From the NCBI GenBank assembly GCA_036676495.1, contig JAKFCT010000046.1, positions 1-64,000 on the forward strand: DNA of 64,000 nt. Direction: 5' to 3'. Numbering within the stretch: position 1 is the first letter of the stretch; each line of letters begins with the position of its first letter. The DNA is from Candidatus Sericytochromatia bacterium. GTDB taxonomy: Bacteria > Cyanobacteriota > Sericytochromatia > S15B-MN24 > UBA4093. The notes under the pieces were generated by a model. The model did not search any database. It was not told the DNA's origin and saw nothing but the letters and a program-made list of their open reading frames with translations. Positions 39,377 to 48,057 of the stretch are shown here, one piece after another. The position numbers were made by a program, and so were the translations under genes.

Positions 39377-39412
39377 AAAGCGGGCCGCCCCCATGGGGGC
39401 GGCCCGCTTTCT
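39375..39412. terminator. Bidirectional terminator
   Basis: AGAAAGCGGGCCGCCCCCATGGGGGCGGCCCGCTTTCT perfect inverted repeat between convergent genes. Confidence 0.85.
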
Positions 39413-39419
39413 CACTATT

Positions 39420-39875
39420 TTAGGAACCGCAGGCTCCGCCAGAGCAGCAACCGCTGCTGGCAGGGGGCTCCTCTTTCTTGGGCTCGGGGGCCGAACCGCA
39501 GCCGCCGGATCCGCAGCCGCAACCGCCATGCGACTTCGCATGAGCTTCCTCGTCCTTGGGACGGAACGAGGAGCCGCAGCCGCAGCCCGAGGACGCGTTG
39601 GGGTTGGAGATGGTGAAGCCACCGCCCATCAACTCGTTCTTGAAGCCAATCTCGGCGCCCTCGAGGTACTGCGCGCTGTAGGGGTCGATGACAACCTTCA
39701 GGCCATCGACGTCGTACTCCTGATCGTTCGACTTGGCCTCGTCGAGGCCCATGCCGTAGCTGAAACCGGAGCAGCCGCCGGGCTTCACGTAGACCCGCAG
39801 GGCGAGATCTTTGCGCATCTGGCCCGCCAGGGCCTCTTGAAGCTTGTCCTTCGCTTCAGGGGAAACAATGACCAT
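39420..39875 (-). CDS. A-type Fe-S carrier (IscA/HesB) with Cys-Gly-rich C-terminal tail
   Basis: GGCSGFSY, NPNA, CGCGSSF; extra tail GGCGCGSGGCGS...GCCSGGACGS. Confidence 0.92.
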   Translation of the reverse strand: MVIVSPEAKDKLQEALAGQMRKDLALRVYVKPGGCSGFSYGMGLDEAKSNDQEYDVDGLKVVIDPYSAQYLEGAEIGFKNELMGGGFTISNPNASSGCGCGSSFRPKDEEAHAKSHGGCGCGSGGCGSAPEPKKEEPPASSGCCSGGACGS

Positions 39876-40098
39876 GAACCGGACCTCCGCGATCGAAATG
39901 GATAACCAGGTTTCATTATACCCGCTCAACCGCCGCTCCCTCAAGGGAAATCCTCGAATCGGATCGCTGCGGCAGGAGCGCTTCGCGGCCGGCCGGGGAT
40001 CCGGACGCAAGGATCGCGAAAAAGGATAAGATAAGGTAAAAAGGATTGCCGGGTGCGTGAGGCGCCCTTGCCGTACTCCCCCTGTGATGGAGGTGAAG

Positions 40099-41292
40099 AT
40101 GTTCGATCGACTCGCGTCCCGAAAGCCCGTCGCCCTGGCCCTCGGAGTCTCGCTGCTCCTCTTGGGCGGGTGTCAGAGCCTCTCGGGGAGCGGAGGCCGC
40201 CTCGCCACCGAGGCGGAATCGGCCGAAGCAACCGCGCTTCCCTCGAACGCCGAGATCCGCCCTTATCTCCAGAACGTCACGGTCGACGGCATCACCATTC
40301 TTTGGCGCAGCGCCAAGAAGGGCCTCGGGGAGGTCACGATCACCGGGCCCGACGGCCGCGCGCAGCGCTTCCCCGAAGCCGGCGCGACCCAGGACCACCG
40401 GATTCGCCTCACCAACCTGCACCCGGCCACCACGTACCGCTACTCCGTCACGCAGGATGGCCGCCCCGTCTGGACCAGCGAGTTCAAGACGGCCCGGCCG
40501 CGCGGCCAGAACGGCTTCACCTTCGGCGTCATGGGAGATATGGGCAAAGGCACCCCCGAGCAGTTCGCGATCGCCAAGCAGCTCGCCCAGTACGACCCCG
40601 AATTCACCCTCCTCACCGGGGACATCGTCTACTTCCGCGGGGCCGAGGGCGACTACCTTCCCAAGTACTTCAAGCCCTACCAGGATCTCATCGACGACCA
40701 GGTCTTCTTTCCCACGCTCGGCAACCACGACATCCTGACCTGGCTGGGCAAGCCCTACTTCCGCTTCTTCGAGCTGCCCACCGGCAACGTCGAGGCGGCG
40801 GGGCGCTACTACCAGTTCTCGTACGGGGACGTGGACTTCTTCGGCCTGGATTCGAACCAGGCGTTCACCAAGCTCCTGCCGCAGTACCGCTGGGTGAAGG
40901 CCGCCCTCGAGGGCTCCACGGCCAAGTGGAAGGTCGTCTTCTTCCACCACCCTCCCTACTCCGCGGGCAAGCACGGGGATGACAAGGGGGTCAAGGAGCA
41001 CCTGGTCCCCCTCTTCGAGAAGTACGGGGTGGACGTGGTCTTCGCGGGCCACGAGCACAACTACGAGCGCATCAAGCCCATGCGCGAGTTCGAGAGCAGC
41101 GGACGCCCCATCACCTACATCGTGACCGGCGGCGGCGGCACGGATCTGCGGCCGGTCGGCAAGAACGCCCGCACCGCGTACTCCGAGAGCATCCACCACT
41201 TCATGGGCGTCACGGTCGACGACCAGCGCATCTCCATCCAGGCCATCGATCAAGGCGGCCGGGTCTTCGATTCGACCGTCGTCACCAAGTAA
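40099..41292 (+). CDS. Purple acid phosphatase-like metallophosphoesterase lipoprotein (FN3 N-domain)
   Basis: Lipobox LGGC, GDMG, GDIVY, GNHD, HHPPY, GHEHNYER. Confidence 0.9.
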   Translation: MFDRLASRKPVALALGVSLLLLGGCQSLSGSGGRLATEAESAEATALPSNAEIRPYLQNVTVDGITILWRSAKKGLGEVTITGPDGRAQRFPEAGATQDHRIRLTNLHPATTYRYSVTQDGRPVWTSEFKTARPRGQNGFTFGVMGDMGKGTPEQFAIAKQLAQYDPEFTLLTGDIVYFRGAEGDYLPKYFKPYQDLIDDQVFFPTLGNHDILTWLGKPYFRFFELPTGNVEAAGRYYQFSYGDVDFFGLDSNQAFTKLLPQYRWVKAALEGSTAKWKVVFFHHPPYSAGKHGDDKGVKEHLVPLFEKYGVDVVFAGHEHNYERIKPMREFESSGRPITYIVTGGGGTDLRPVGKNARTAYSESIHHFMGVTVDDQRISIQAIDQGGRVFDSTVVTK

Positions 41293-41303
41293 GCTTCATG
41301 AGA

Positions 41304-41344
41304 GAGTCCCCCTTGCGCCGACGGCGCAAGGGGGACTCGTTTTG
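41304..41344. terminator. Terminator hairpin
   Basis: GAGTCCCCCTTGCGCC-GAC-GGCGCAAGGGGGACTC followed by a T run. Confidence 0.8.
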
Positions 41345-41349
41345 GACGC

Positions 41350-42306
41350 TTAGCGGGGGAGGCGCTTCACCGCGGCCTCGTACTCGGCCAGCATGGAGCG
41401 AAGCACCTCGCCGGCCGGGCGGATATCGCGGATGAGGCCGCTGACCTGCCCGATCTCGATCTCGCCCTCGTCGAGGTTGCCCTCGTGGATGGCCTGGCGG
41501 GCACGGCCCGAGCCGAGCAGGTCGACGAGCTCCTCCTTGCTGGCGCCGCGGGCCTCCGCCTCCATGACCTGCCGGGCGAACGGATTCACCAGCAGGCGAA
41601 CCGGAATGACCTTCTTCAGCAGCAGGCGGGTCTGGCCCTCTTCGGCGCCCACGATCGCCTCCTTGAAGGCCTGATGCGCCGACGACTCGGTCGTGGCGGC
41701 GAAGCGCGTTCCGACCTGGACCCCCTCGGCTCCCAGCGCGAAGCAGGCCGCCATGGCGCGGCCGTCCCCGACGCCTCCCGCGGCGATCACCGGGATGGAG
41801 ACGGCGTCTGCCACCTGCGGCACCAGCACCATGGTGGTGGTCTCCTCGGGGCTGTTGTGGCCGCCGGCCTCGAAGCCCTCCGCCACCACCGCGTCACAAC
41901 CGGCCGCCTCGGACTTGAGGGCGTGCTTGGCGGTCCCGACCACCTGCACCACCGTGCAGCCGCGCTCCTTGAGCATCGGGGTGAACTTGCTGGGGCTGCC
42001 GCCGGACATGAAGAAGATCCGGACTCCCTCCTCGAGGGCGATCGCCACCCAGTCCTCAGAGTACTTGTAGAAGAGCGGCATGTTCACGCCGAAGGGCAAT
42101 TCCGTGAGGGACTTGGCCTTGCGGACCTGCTCGCGGAAGATCTCGGGGCGCATCGAACCCGCTCCCACCAGGCCCAATCCGCCGGCGTTGGAGACGGCCG
42201 CCGCGAGCTTTCCTCCCGAGACCCAGATCATGCCGGCCTGGACGATGGGATAGCGAATGCCGAAGAGATCGGTGAGGCGCGTACGAAGAGTCGTGGGTTC
42301 AGTCAT
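41350..42306 (-). CDS. Nitronate monooxygenase / FabK-like flavoprotein
   Basis: PIVQAGM, AAVSNAGGLG, EGFEAGGH, PVIAAGG, GVQVGTRF. Confidence 0.9.
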   Translation of the reverse strand: MTEPTTLRTRLTDLFGIRYPIVQAGMIWVSGGKLAAAVSNAGGLGLVGAGSMRPEIFREQVRKAKSLTELPFGVNMPLFYKYSEDWVAIALEEGVRIFFMSGGSPSKFTPMLKERGCTVVQVVGTAKHALKSEAAGCDAVVAEGFEAGGHNSPEETTTMVLVPQVADAVSIPVIAAGGVGDGRAMAACFALGAEGVQVGTRFAATTESSAHQAFKEAIVGAEEGQTRLLLKKVIPVRLLVNPFARQVMEAEARGASKEELVDLLGSGRARQAIHEGNLDEGEIEIGQVSGLIRDIRPAGEVLRSMLAEYEAAVKRLPR

Positions 42307-42524
42307 GAGGGGCTCCTGAAAGCGCGTCGCAAGCGCTGACGCCCGCGGCAGGACGGCCGCGAGGTCCTCGGGTCGCAAAACGGCGCGCGGGTCGCGGGGA
42401 AACGCCCTCATGGTAGCACAGCGCGGCGCGCCGGCGACCTGCGCGCCCCGCAGAGCCTCAGAGCGAACATCGTTTCGACCGGTCGCTACGCTTTACGGCA
42501 AAAGCCGCGGGCGCCAGGCGCGCA

Positions 42525-42724
42525 AGAAAATACCGGTGATCCGTGAAGATCACCGGTCGGCTTGAGAGCAGGCGAAAAGCGTGGCGACGAAGAAGCGGCG
42601 ATGCGGAGAAGGGCTCTCAAGGGCAGAAGGGGGGCGGCGACTGAACGAAGATCCCCTTCATGCACGTCATAACGGCGTTGATCCGCCCTGCGCCTGGGTT
42701 TGCAGGGCTGGTTGCCTGTTCCAG
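42525..42724 (-). ncRNA. Candidate small non-coding RNA (family not recognised)
   Basis: TATAGT -10 at 42730-42735, two internal stems, terminator hairpin 42532-42557 with U-tract, no convincing ORF. Confidence 0.5.
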
Positions 42725-42768
42725 AACCCACTATACCGCGAAACTCCCGCGCGAAGGTTAAGACCAGA

Positions 42769-43146
42769 TTAAGAATTCACTGCCTCGTCGGAAGGCCGGG
42801 CCGCGGCAGCGGGTTTCGGGAAGGCCTCCTCCGCCTCGGGCGGCATGCGCAGCCGCTCCAGCACCCGGCCCTCGAGCGTGGCATCCAGGATCGCATCGAC
42901 GTCCGCGATCGTCACGCCGGAGTACCAGGTGCCTTCCGGATAAAGCACGACGTTGGGGCCCCACTGACAGGGCTTCAGGCAGCTCGAGGAGTTGATCTGC
43001 ACCGTGCCATGCAGGTTCCGCGCATGGATCCGCGCTTTGAAGGCGGTGAAGATGTCCGAGGCCCCCTGCTCTCCGCAGGATCCCTTGGGGTTTCCGGGAG
43101 GGCGGGTATTGGTGCAGATGAAGAGATGGTGCTTGGGCGTGGGCAT
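42769..43146 (-). CDS. Thioredoxin-like [2Fe-2S] ferredoxin
   Basis: HLFICTN...KGSC...SSCLKPC..GP.V.LYPEGTWY. Confidence 0.9.
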   Translation of the reverse strand: MPTPKHHLFICTNTRPPGNPKGSCGEQGASDIFTAFKARIHARNLHGTVQINSSSCLKPCQWGPNVVLYPEGTWYSGVTIADVDAILDATLEGRVLERLRMPPEAEEAFPKPAAAARPSDEAVNS

Positions 43147-43192
43147 GAGAGTCCCTTTCTAGCAGGTGTTCTTGCCAAGCCGGCTCGCGGGG

Positions 43193-44623
43193 CTACGAGG
43201 GGGTCAGCCGGAAGCGATCGCCCTCGGCCAGGTTGGCGGCGAAATCGAGCAGCTCCGCGGCCAAGGGGTTCAGGTGCTCGACCCGAACCGCGTAGAGCGT
43301 GCGGCGGTCCTTGAGGATCAGCTGCGTATGGTCGTTGACCACGACTCCGCGCATGCTGTCCCCGAAGAGCAGGATCATCAGGCTCTCGAGCTCGTCGATG
43401 GCCCGTTGCCCCTCTTCCCCCATCGTGCCGGTCATCAGGCGGTCCAGCGACAAGGCGGCCTCATGGTAGGTCGCGAGGCGATGTACCGAGTAACCGAGGT
43501 GGCGCTCCAAGAACGCCCGGTGTCCCGCGGCGTCCTCACCCCAGAGCATCACCAGGCCCGCGTCGATCATCAGGGTCCCGCCGACCCGCCCGAGCAGATG
43601 CGACGCCGCCTTGCGAACGGGGCGCTCCGGATGGCGCATCGCCTCGGCCAACGGCGCGATCATCTCACGCCCGTAGACCGGGGCGAGGGTCTCCAGGGCC
43701 GCCACCACCCCGCTGCGGAAGCGGGGATTGCCGAGGTGGCGGCAAAGCGGAACGATCGCTTCGGGGTTGTGGAGCTTGACGAAGCTCTGGATCACCAGAT
43801 CATGCGACGGGTAATCGGGAACGTCCAGCAGCCGGGCGAGCAGGGAAACCAGCCCCGGATGCTGGCTCCTCACGAGGATCTGGAGCGCCTCCGTGCTCGC
43901 CAGGGAATGGCGCATGTCCGGAAGCACCCGGGCAATCGCACGGCTCGCGAGCTCCCGGTCCAGGTGGGTCATGACCCGGATCAACGCCGGAGCCGCCGCT
44001 CCGACCTCGGGCAGCATGGCCCCTAGGCGCTCGATGACCGGGATCCCGAACGGCAGGAGCGCCTCCTGGGCATGGCGCACGACATCCTTGTCCTGGCTCG
44101 CCAGCGCATGGGCGATCGCCTCGATCGTCTCCGGTTCCTGGGCCACCTTGAGGCCATGGATGGCGGCGATCTGAACGGCCGGGACCGTATCGGTCAGACG
44201 CTTGACGAGAGTCTCGATGGCCGCGGGAGTCTGATAGCGTCCCAGGGCGGAGACCGCCGCCCGGCGAACGACCGCGTGCGGGTCCCCTGCCAGCTTGATG
44301 AGGGCCTCCTGCACCACGGCGTCGGAAAACCGCCGCATGCCGTCGATGGCCGCGAGGCGGTTGTTGGGTTCGGAGTCCGAGACGGCCTGCAGCAGGAACT
44401 CCAAGGCCATGGCATCGCCCCGGGTGGCCAGCGCGCGGATCACCCCGGCGCGCACCGCGGGGTTCGGATCGTGGATGCGGGCCTGGAAGTAGAAACGGGT
44501 CCCCTTGAGGCCCCCGCTGACGACGAAGTAGGCGACTTGCAAGGCCGCCAGGATCACCATCACGGTGATCAAGACACTGAAGCCGGAGGTGGCAATGTTC
44601 AAAAGAAAGGGACCGGTGCTCAC
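43193..44623 (-). CDS. Membrane-anchored HEAT-repeat protein
   Basis: N-terminal TM; repeats such as DPNPAVRAGVIRAL and DPHAVVRRAAVSALG. Confidence 0.8.
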   Translation of the reverse strand: MSTGPFLLNIATSGFSVLITVMVILAALQVAYFVVSGGLKGTRFYFQARIHDPNPAVRAGVIRALATRGDAMALEFLLQAVSDSEPNNRLAAIDGMRRFSDAVVQEALIKLAGDPHAVVRRAAVSALGRYQTPAAIETLVKRLTDTVPAVQIAAIHGLKVAQEPETIEAIAHALASQDKDVVRHAQEALLPFGIPVIERLGAMLPEVGAAAPALIRVMTHLDRELASRAIARVLPDMRHSLASTEALQILVRSQHPGLVSLLARLLDVPDYPSHDLVIQSFVKLHNPEAIVPLCRHLGNPRFRSGVVAALETLAPVYGREMIAPLAEAMRHPERPVRKAASHLLGRVGGTLMIDAGLVMLWGEDAAGHRAFLERHLGYSVHRLATYHEAALSLDRLMTGTMGEEGQRAIDELESLMILLFGDSMRGVVVNDHTQLILKDRRTLYAVRVEHLNPLAAELLDFAANLAEGDRFRLTPS

Positions 44624-44822
44624 GACGGACTCCTCAGTAGGCGCAGCGCCCGCAGCTGCAATCCTGCAATTATCCCGTCATGCCGCCCTGAGCGCAAGGG
44701 CGGACGTCACGTCCCAGAAAAGGCCGATTCCTGTCCGAAAGCGTAGTATAATGGCGGCGAGCGCCCCGTTGGGCCAGCGGGCCCAGATGTGCTTCGCTTT
44801 CGCAAAAAGGAAATCCGAATCC

Positions 44823-45185
44823 ATGGCAAACGCTCCCGAAAACAAAAAGATGCTCGTGGGTCTGCGCTGCGGCTGCAAGGCCGAACTGGAGACCAACATC
44901 GCGGACGGGCTCGACCTCGTGGCCTACGACGCCGCCGCCTGCTCCAAGGGTCATTCCAAGCCGACCCTGCCCCTTCCCATCGTCGGCTTCGGCCCTCTCT
45001 GGGGCTGGGACGACAACCGGGCCGACCGTCGCGCCCTGCCCTCGATCAAGGTGGCGCAGTTCGAGCCCGAGCACGTCTACAAGCTGCTCGAGGGCTATTT
45101 CTTCGCCAACGAGCCCGGCAAGGGATATCCCGCCTTCGGCCCCATCTCCACGATCCGCTGGGCCGAAACGGCCAAGCACCACTAG
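44823..45185 (+). CDS. Hypothetical protein (120 aa) with CxC...CxxxH motif
   Basis: AAAGGA RBS, upstream TATAAT (44747-44752), strong codon bias. Confidence 0.7.
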   Translation: MANAPENKKMLVGLRCGCKAELETNIADGLDLVAYDAAACSKGHSKPTLPLPIVGFGPLWGWDDNRADRRALPSIKVAQFEPEHVYKLLEGYFFANEPGKGYPAFGPISTIRWAETAKHH

Positions 45186-45242
45186 GGCGTCAGGCTCCCG
45201 AGTTCGCTCGGGAGCCTTCTTCCTAGAGCAGCCATCAGGCCG

Positions 45243-45878
45243 TCAATAGAGCCGCCGCTTGAGGCAGAGCAGGATCGCCTGCACGCGATTGCCCACCCGC
45301 AGCTTCTCGTAGAGCTGCGTGAGATTGTTGCGGACGGTCTTCTCGCTCAAGGCCAGGTGATCGGCGATCACCCGGGTCTCATGGCCCTGGACCAGCAGCC
45401 GCGCGAGCTGAAGTTCCCGAGCGGAGAGGCTCTCGACCGGAACCTGCATGGGCGGAGCGTCGACGAGCGCTCTACCAGGATAAGCGGCTTCACGACTCAG
45501 CAGCGCCTTCTCGATGACCAGGTTCAGCTGGCGCAGCTCGCGCAGAGGCTTCTGGATGAAATCATAGGCCCGCCCCTCGCGTAGGGCGGTGATCGCATCC
45601 TCCATCGTCCCCCGCCCGCTCAGAAAGATGACGATCACCTTGGGGCAGAGGTCCTTGATCAGGCTGAGCAGTTGCAGCCCGTCCAGGCCCGGCAACTTGA
45701 GATCCATGATGATGACGTCGAACGCATGCTGCTGGACCCGCTCCATGGCCTCGAGGCCGTCCTTGGCACTCATGATCGCGTAGCCCGAATCGTGCAGCCA
45801 CTTCTCGAGGATCTCGCGCTGATCGCTATCATCCTCGACCAGCAAGACCCTGACCTTCTGAGGTGGAACCTGGTGCAT
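45243..45878 (-). CDS. Response regulator, receiver plus LuxR HTH
   Basis: LLVEDD, IMDLKLPG, KP; LSARE...LSEKTVRN...IxxKL-like HTH. Confidence 0.9.
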   Translation of the reverse strand: MHQVPPQKVRVLLVEDDSDQREILEKWLHDSGYAIMSAKDGLEAMERVQQHAFDVIIMDLKLPGLDGLQLLSLIKDLCPKVIVIFLSGRGTMEDAITALREGRAYDFIQKPLRELRQLNLVIEKALLSREAAYPGRALVDAPPMQVPVESLSARELQLARLLVQGHETRVIADHLALSEKTVRNNLTQLYEKLRVGNRVQAILLCLKRRLY

Positions 45879-46025
45879 CAGGCACCGGCCTCGACGCGCA
45901 TGGCGTATCGTTCTTCCTTGGCTGAGCGGACGCCGTTCCGCCCCTCGCGGGGATTCTCGCTATAATAATTGAGCATGTCGTGAGGTTGAAACTGCAACGC
46001 CCCTCCAAGATGGCCGGTAACTAGC

Positions 46026-46886
46026 ATGACATGGCACTTCCTCATCACACTCCTCCTCGGCTTCGCCCTCGGCATGCACCTCGGCTCGGCCCGCCGGCGA
46101 TCCGCGCATTTCCGATCGGCACGCCGAGCCACGCCCGAGCCGCCCCCGTGGGCCACTCCCCCGGAAGCGGACCCGCTCGACGTCCAGTTCCTCGACATCC
46201 TCTCGCATGAGCTCCGGACTCCGCTCTCCAGCATCCTCGGAGCCGCCGATCTCTTGCAGCAAGGCCTGGCGGGCTCCTTGACCCTCGAACAGCACTACTT
46301 CCTCGACAAGATCCTGCGCCAAGCCGACGACATGCAAGGCTTGCTCAACGACCTCATCGACATGCGCCGGGCCCACCTTGGCAAGCTACACCTCATTCCC
46401 GGCCGGGTCCACCTCTCCCCCTTCCTCGAGGAAGCGCTCTCCGATCTCGCTCCGCTCGCCGTTCGAGCCTCGTTGCGCATGGTGATCCGGGTGCCGCCCG
46501 ACCTTCCAGCCATCTGGGGAGACCCCGCGCGGCTGCGTCAGGTGCTCGGCAACCTGATCTCGAACGCCATCAAGTTCACGCCGGCGAGCGGGACGATCGC
46601 GGTTCGCGCCTGGGAAGCGGGAGCGCACGTCCACATCGAGGTTCGCGACAGCGGCATCGGCATCGCCCAGCCGGATCACGCGAAGATTTTCGCACGATTC
46701 TGGCAACCCGAAGCGGGGCATGCCCAGGGAGGGCTCGGTCTTGGGCTCCCCCTCTGCAAAGCGCTCGTCGAGGCGCATGGAGGGCGTATCGAGGTGCGCA
46801 GCGAGCTCGGGAAAGGGAGCGCCTTCACGATCAGCCTGCCCCAGGCGGAAGCTCGCCAGCCGCAGGCGGGATCACGGGCAAGGTGA
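46026..46886 (+). CDS. Histidine kinase with a single N-terminal TM and no sensor domain
   Basis: [29 protein letters not shown]. Confidence 0.88.
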   Translation: MTWHFLITLLLGFALGMHLGSARRRSAHFRSARRATPEPPPWATPPEADPLDVQFLDILSHELRTPLSSILGAADLLQQGLAGSLTLEQHYFLDKILRQADDMQGLLNDLIDMRRAHLGKLHLIPGRVHLSPFLEEALSDLAPLAVRASLRMVIRVPPDLPAIWGDPARLRQVLGNLISNAIKFTPASGTIAVRAWEAGAHVHIEVRDSGIGIAQPDHAKIFARFWQPEAGHAQGGLGLGLPLCKALVEAHGGRIEVRSELGKGSAFTISLPQAEARQPQAGSRAR

Positions 46887-47598
46887 ACCAGAAGGTGCTT
46901 CCCTGGCCCTGCCGGCTTTCAACCCCGATCGCTCCCCCGTGCGCCTCGATGAAGGCCTTGCAGATCGCGAGACCCAGTCCAAGCCCGCCGGTTCGATCCG
47001 GGTGGATCTGCCCGAAAGCCTGAAAGAGCATGGCTTGCTCCTCCTCCGAAAGGCCCAAGCCCGTATCGGAGATCGTGACGAGCAAGTTGGCGCCGCGGCT
47101 CTCGGCAGCCACCCGGATATGGCCTCCGCCATGGGTGAACTTCACGGCATTCCCGATCAAGTTGGTAAGGACTTTGCTGAGCTTCTGGGCATCGCCCATG
47201 AAGACGGGAAGCGCGGGTGGGACCTCGTTCACGAGGACCTGGGAATTCGCCTCGGCCAGCGGATCCAGCGTCCGGATCGCATGGCCGACGAGCTCGGGAA
47301 AGTCGACCGGCTGCAAGACGAGCTGCAAGCGACCGGCTTGCAGCTCGCTCATGAGGAGCAGGTCGTTCACCATGATCGACAGGGACTGCGCGGAGACCGA
47401 GAGGCTGCGCATGAAGCCGAGCTGCTTTTCGTTCAACGGGCCGAGGATCTGCTCGGAGAAGAGCGGGATCGTCCCGATGATGACACTCAAGGGAGTGCGC
47501 AGCTCATGCGTGAGGTTGCTCAGGAAGGCCTCCGCCAGGTGACCGGTGCGGGGGGACGTCTCCGTGAGCGGCAAACGCTCGAACATGGAGGCCTCCAT
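46831..47598 (-). CDS. Cytoplasmic class I histidine kinase without sensor domain, downstream of cheW
   Basis: [29 protein letters not shown]. Confidence 0.88.
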   Translation of the reverse strand: MEASMFERLPLTETSPRTGHLAEAFLSNLTHELRTPLSVIIGTIPLFSEQILGPLNEKQLGFMRSLSVSAQSLSIMVNDLLLMSELQAGRLQLVLQPVDFPELVGHAIRTLDPLAEANSQVLVNEVPPALPVFMGDAQKLSKVLTNLIGNAVKFTHGGGHIRVAAESRGANLLVTISDTGLGLSEEEQAMLFQAFGQIHPDRTGGLGLGLAICKAFIEAHGGAIGVESRQGQGSTFWFTLPVIPPAAGELPPGAG

Positions 47599-47600
47599 CC

Positions 47601-48056
47601 TTACGCGACCTCCAGGGCCCGGACCTCCTCCTGATTGAGGATGAGATCCAGGTCCAGGAGGATGAGCAACCGCCCTTCGAGCTTGGCGATGCCCCGGATG
47701 AAGCTGGCGTCGATCGCGCTGGTGACCAGCTCGGGGGCGGCCTCGACGGCGTCCGTCCCGAGGCGGAGGACCTCGCTCACCCCGTCGACGATCATGCCGA
47801 CCGTCCGCCCGCCGATCGTCACGATGATGATCCGGGTGCTCTTGGTCGACGGGTTCACCGCGAGGCCGAAGCGCTTTCGCAGATCGACCACGGGAATGAT
47901 CTTGCCGCGCAGGTTGACCACCCCTTCGACGAACGCGGCCGAGCGCGGCACCTTGGTGATCTCGGGCATGCGCACGATCTCCTGGACCGCCGCGATGTCG
48001 ACCGCGAACTCCTCGGTGCCCAGGTTGAAGCTGACGAGCTGAAGAACGTCGGCCAT
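47601..48056 (-). CDS. cheW: Chemotaxis coupling protein CheW
   Basis: VQEIVR, ITKVP, GVVNLRGKIIPVVDLR, GMIVDGVSEV. Confidence 0.95.
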   Translation of the reverse strand: MADVLQLVSFNLGTEEFAVDIAAVQEIVRMPEITKVPRSAAFVEGVVNLRGKIIPVVDLRKRFGLAVNPSTKSTRIIIVTIGGRTVGMIVDGVSEVLRLGTDAVEAAPELVTSAIDASFIRGIAKLEGRLLILLDLDLILNQEEVRALEVA

Positions 48057-48057
48057 G

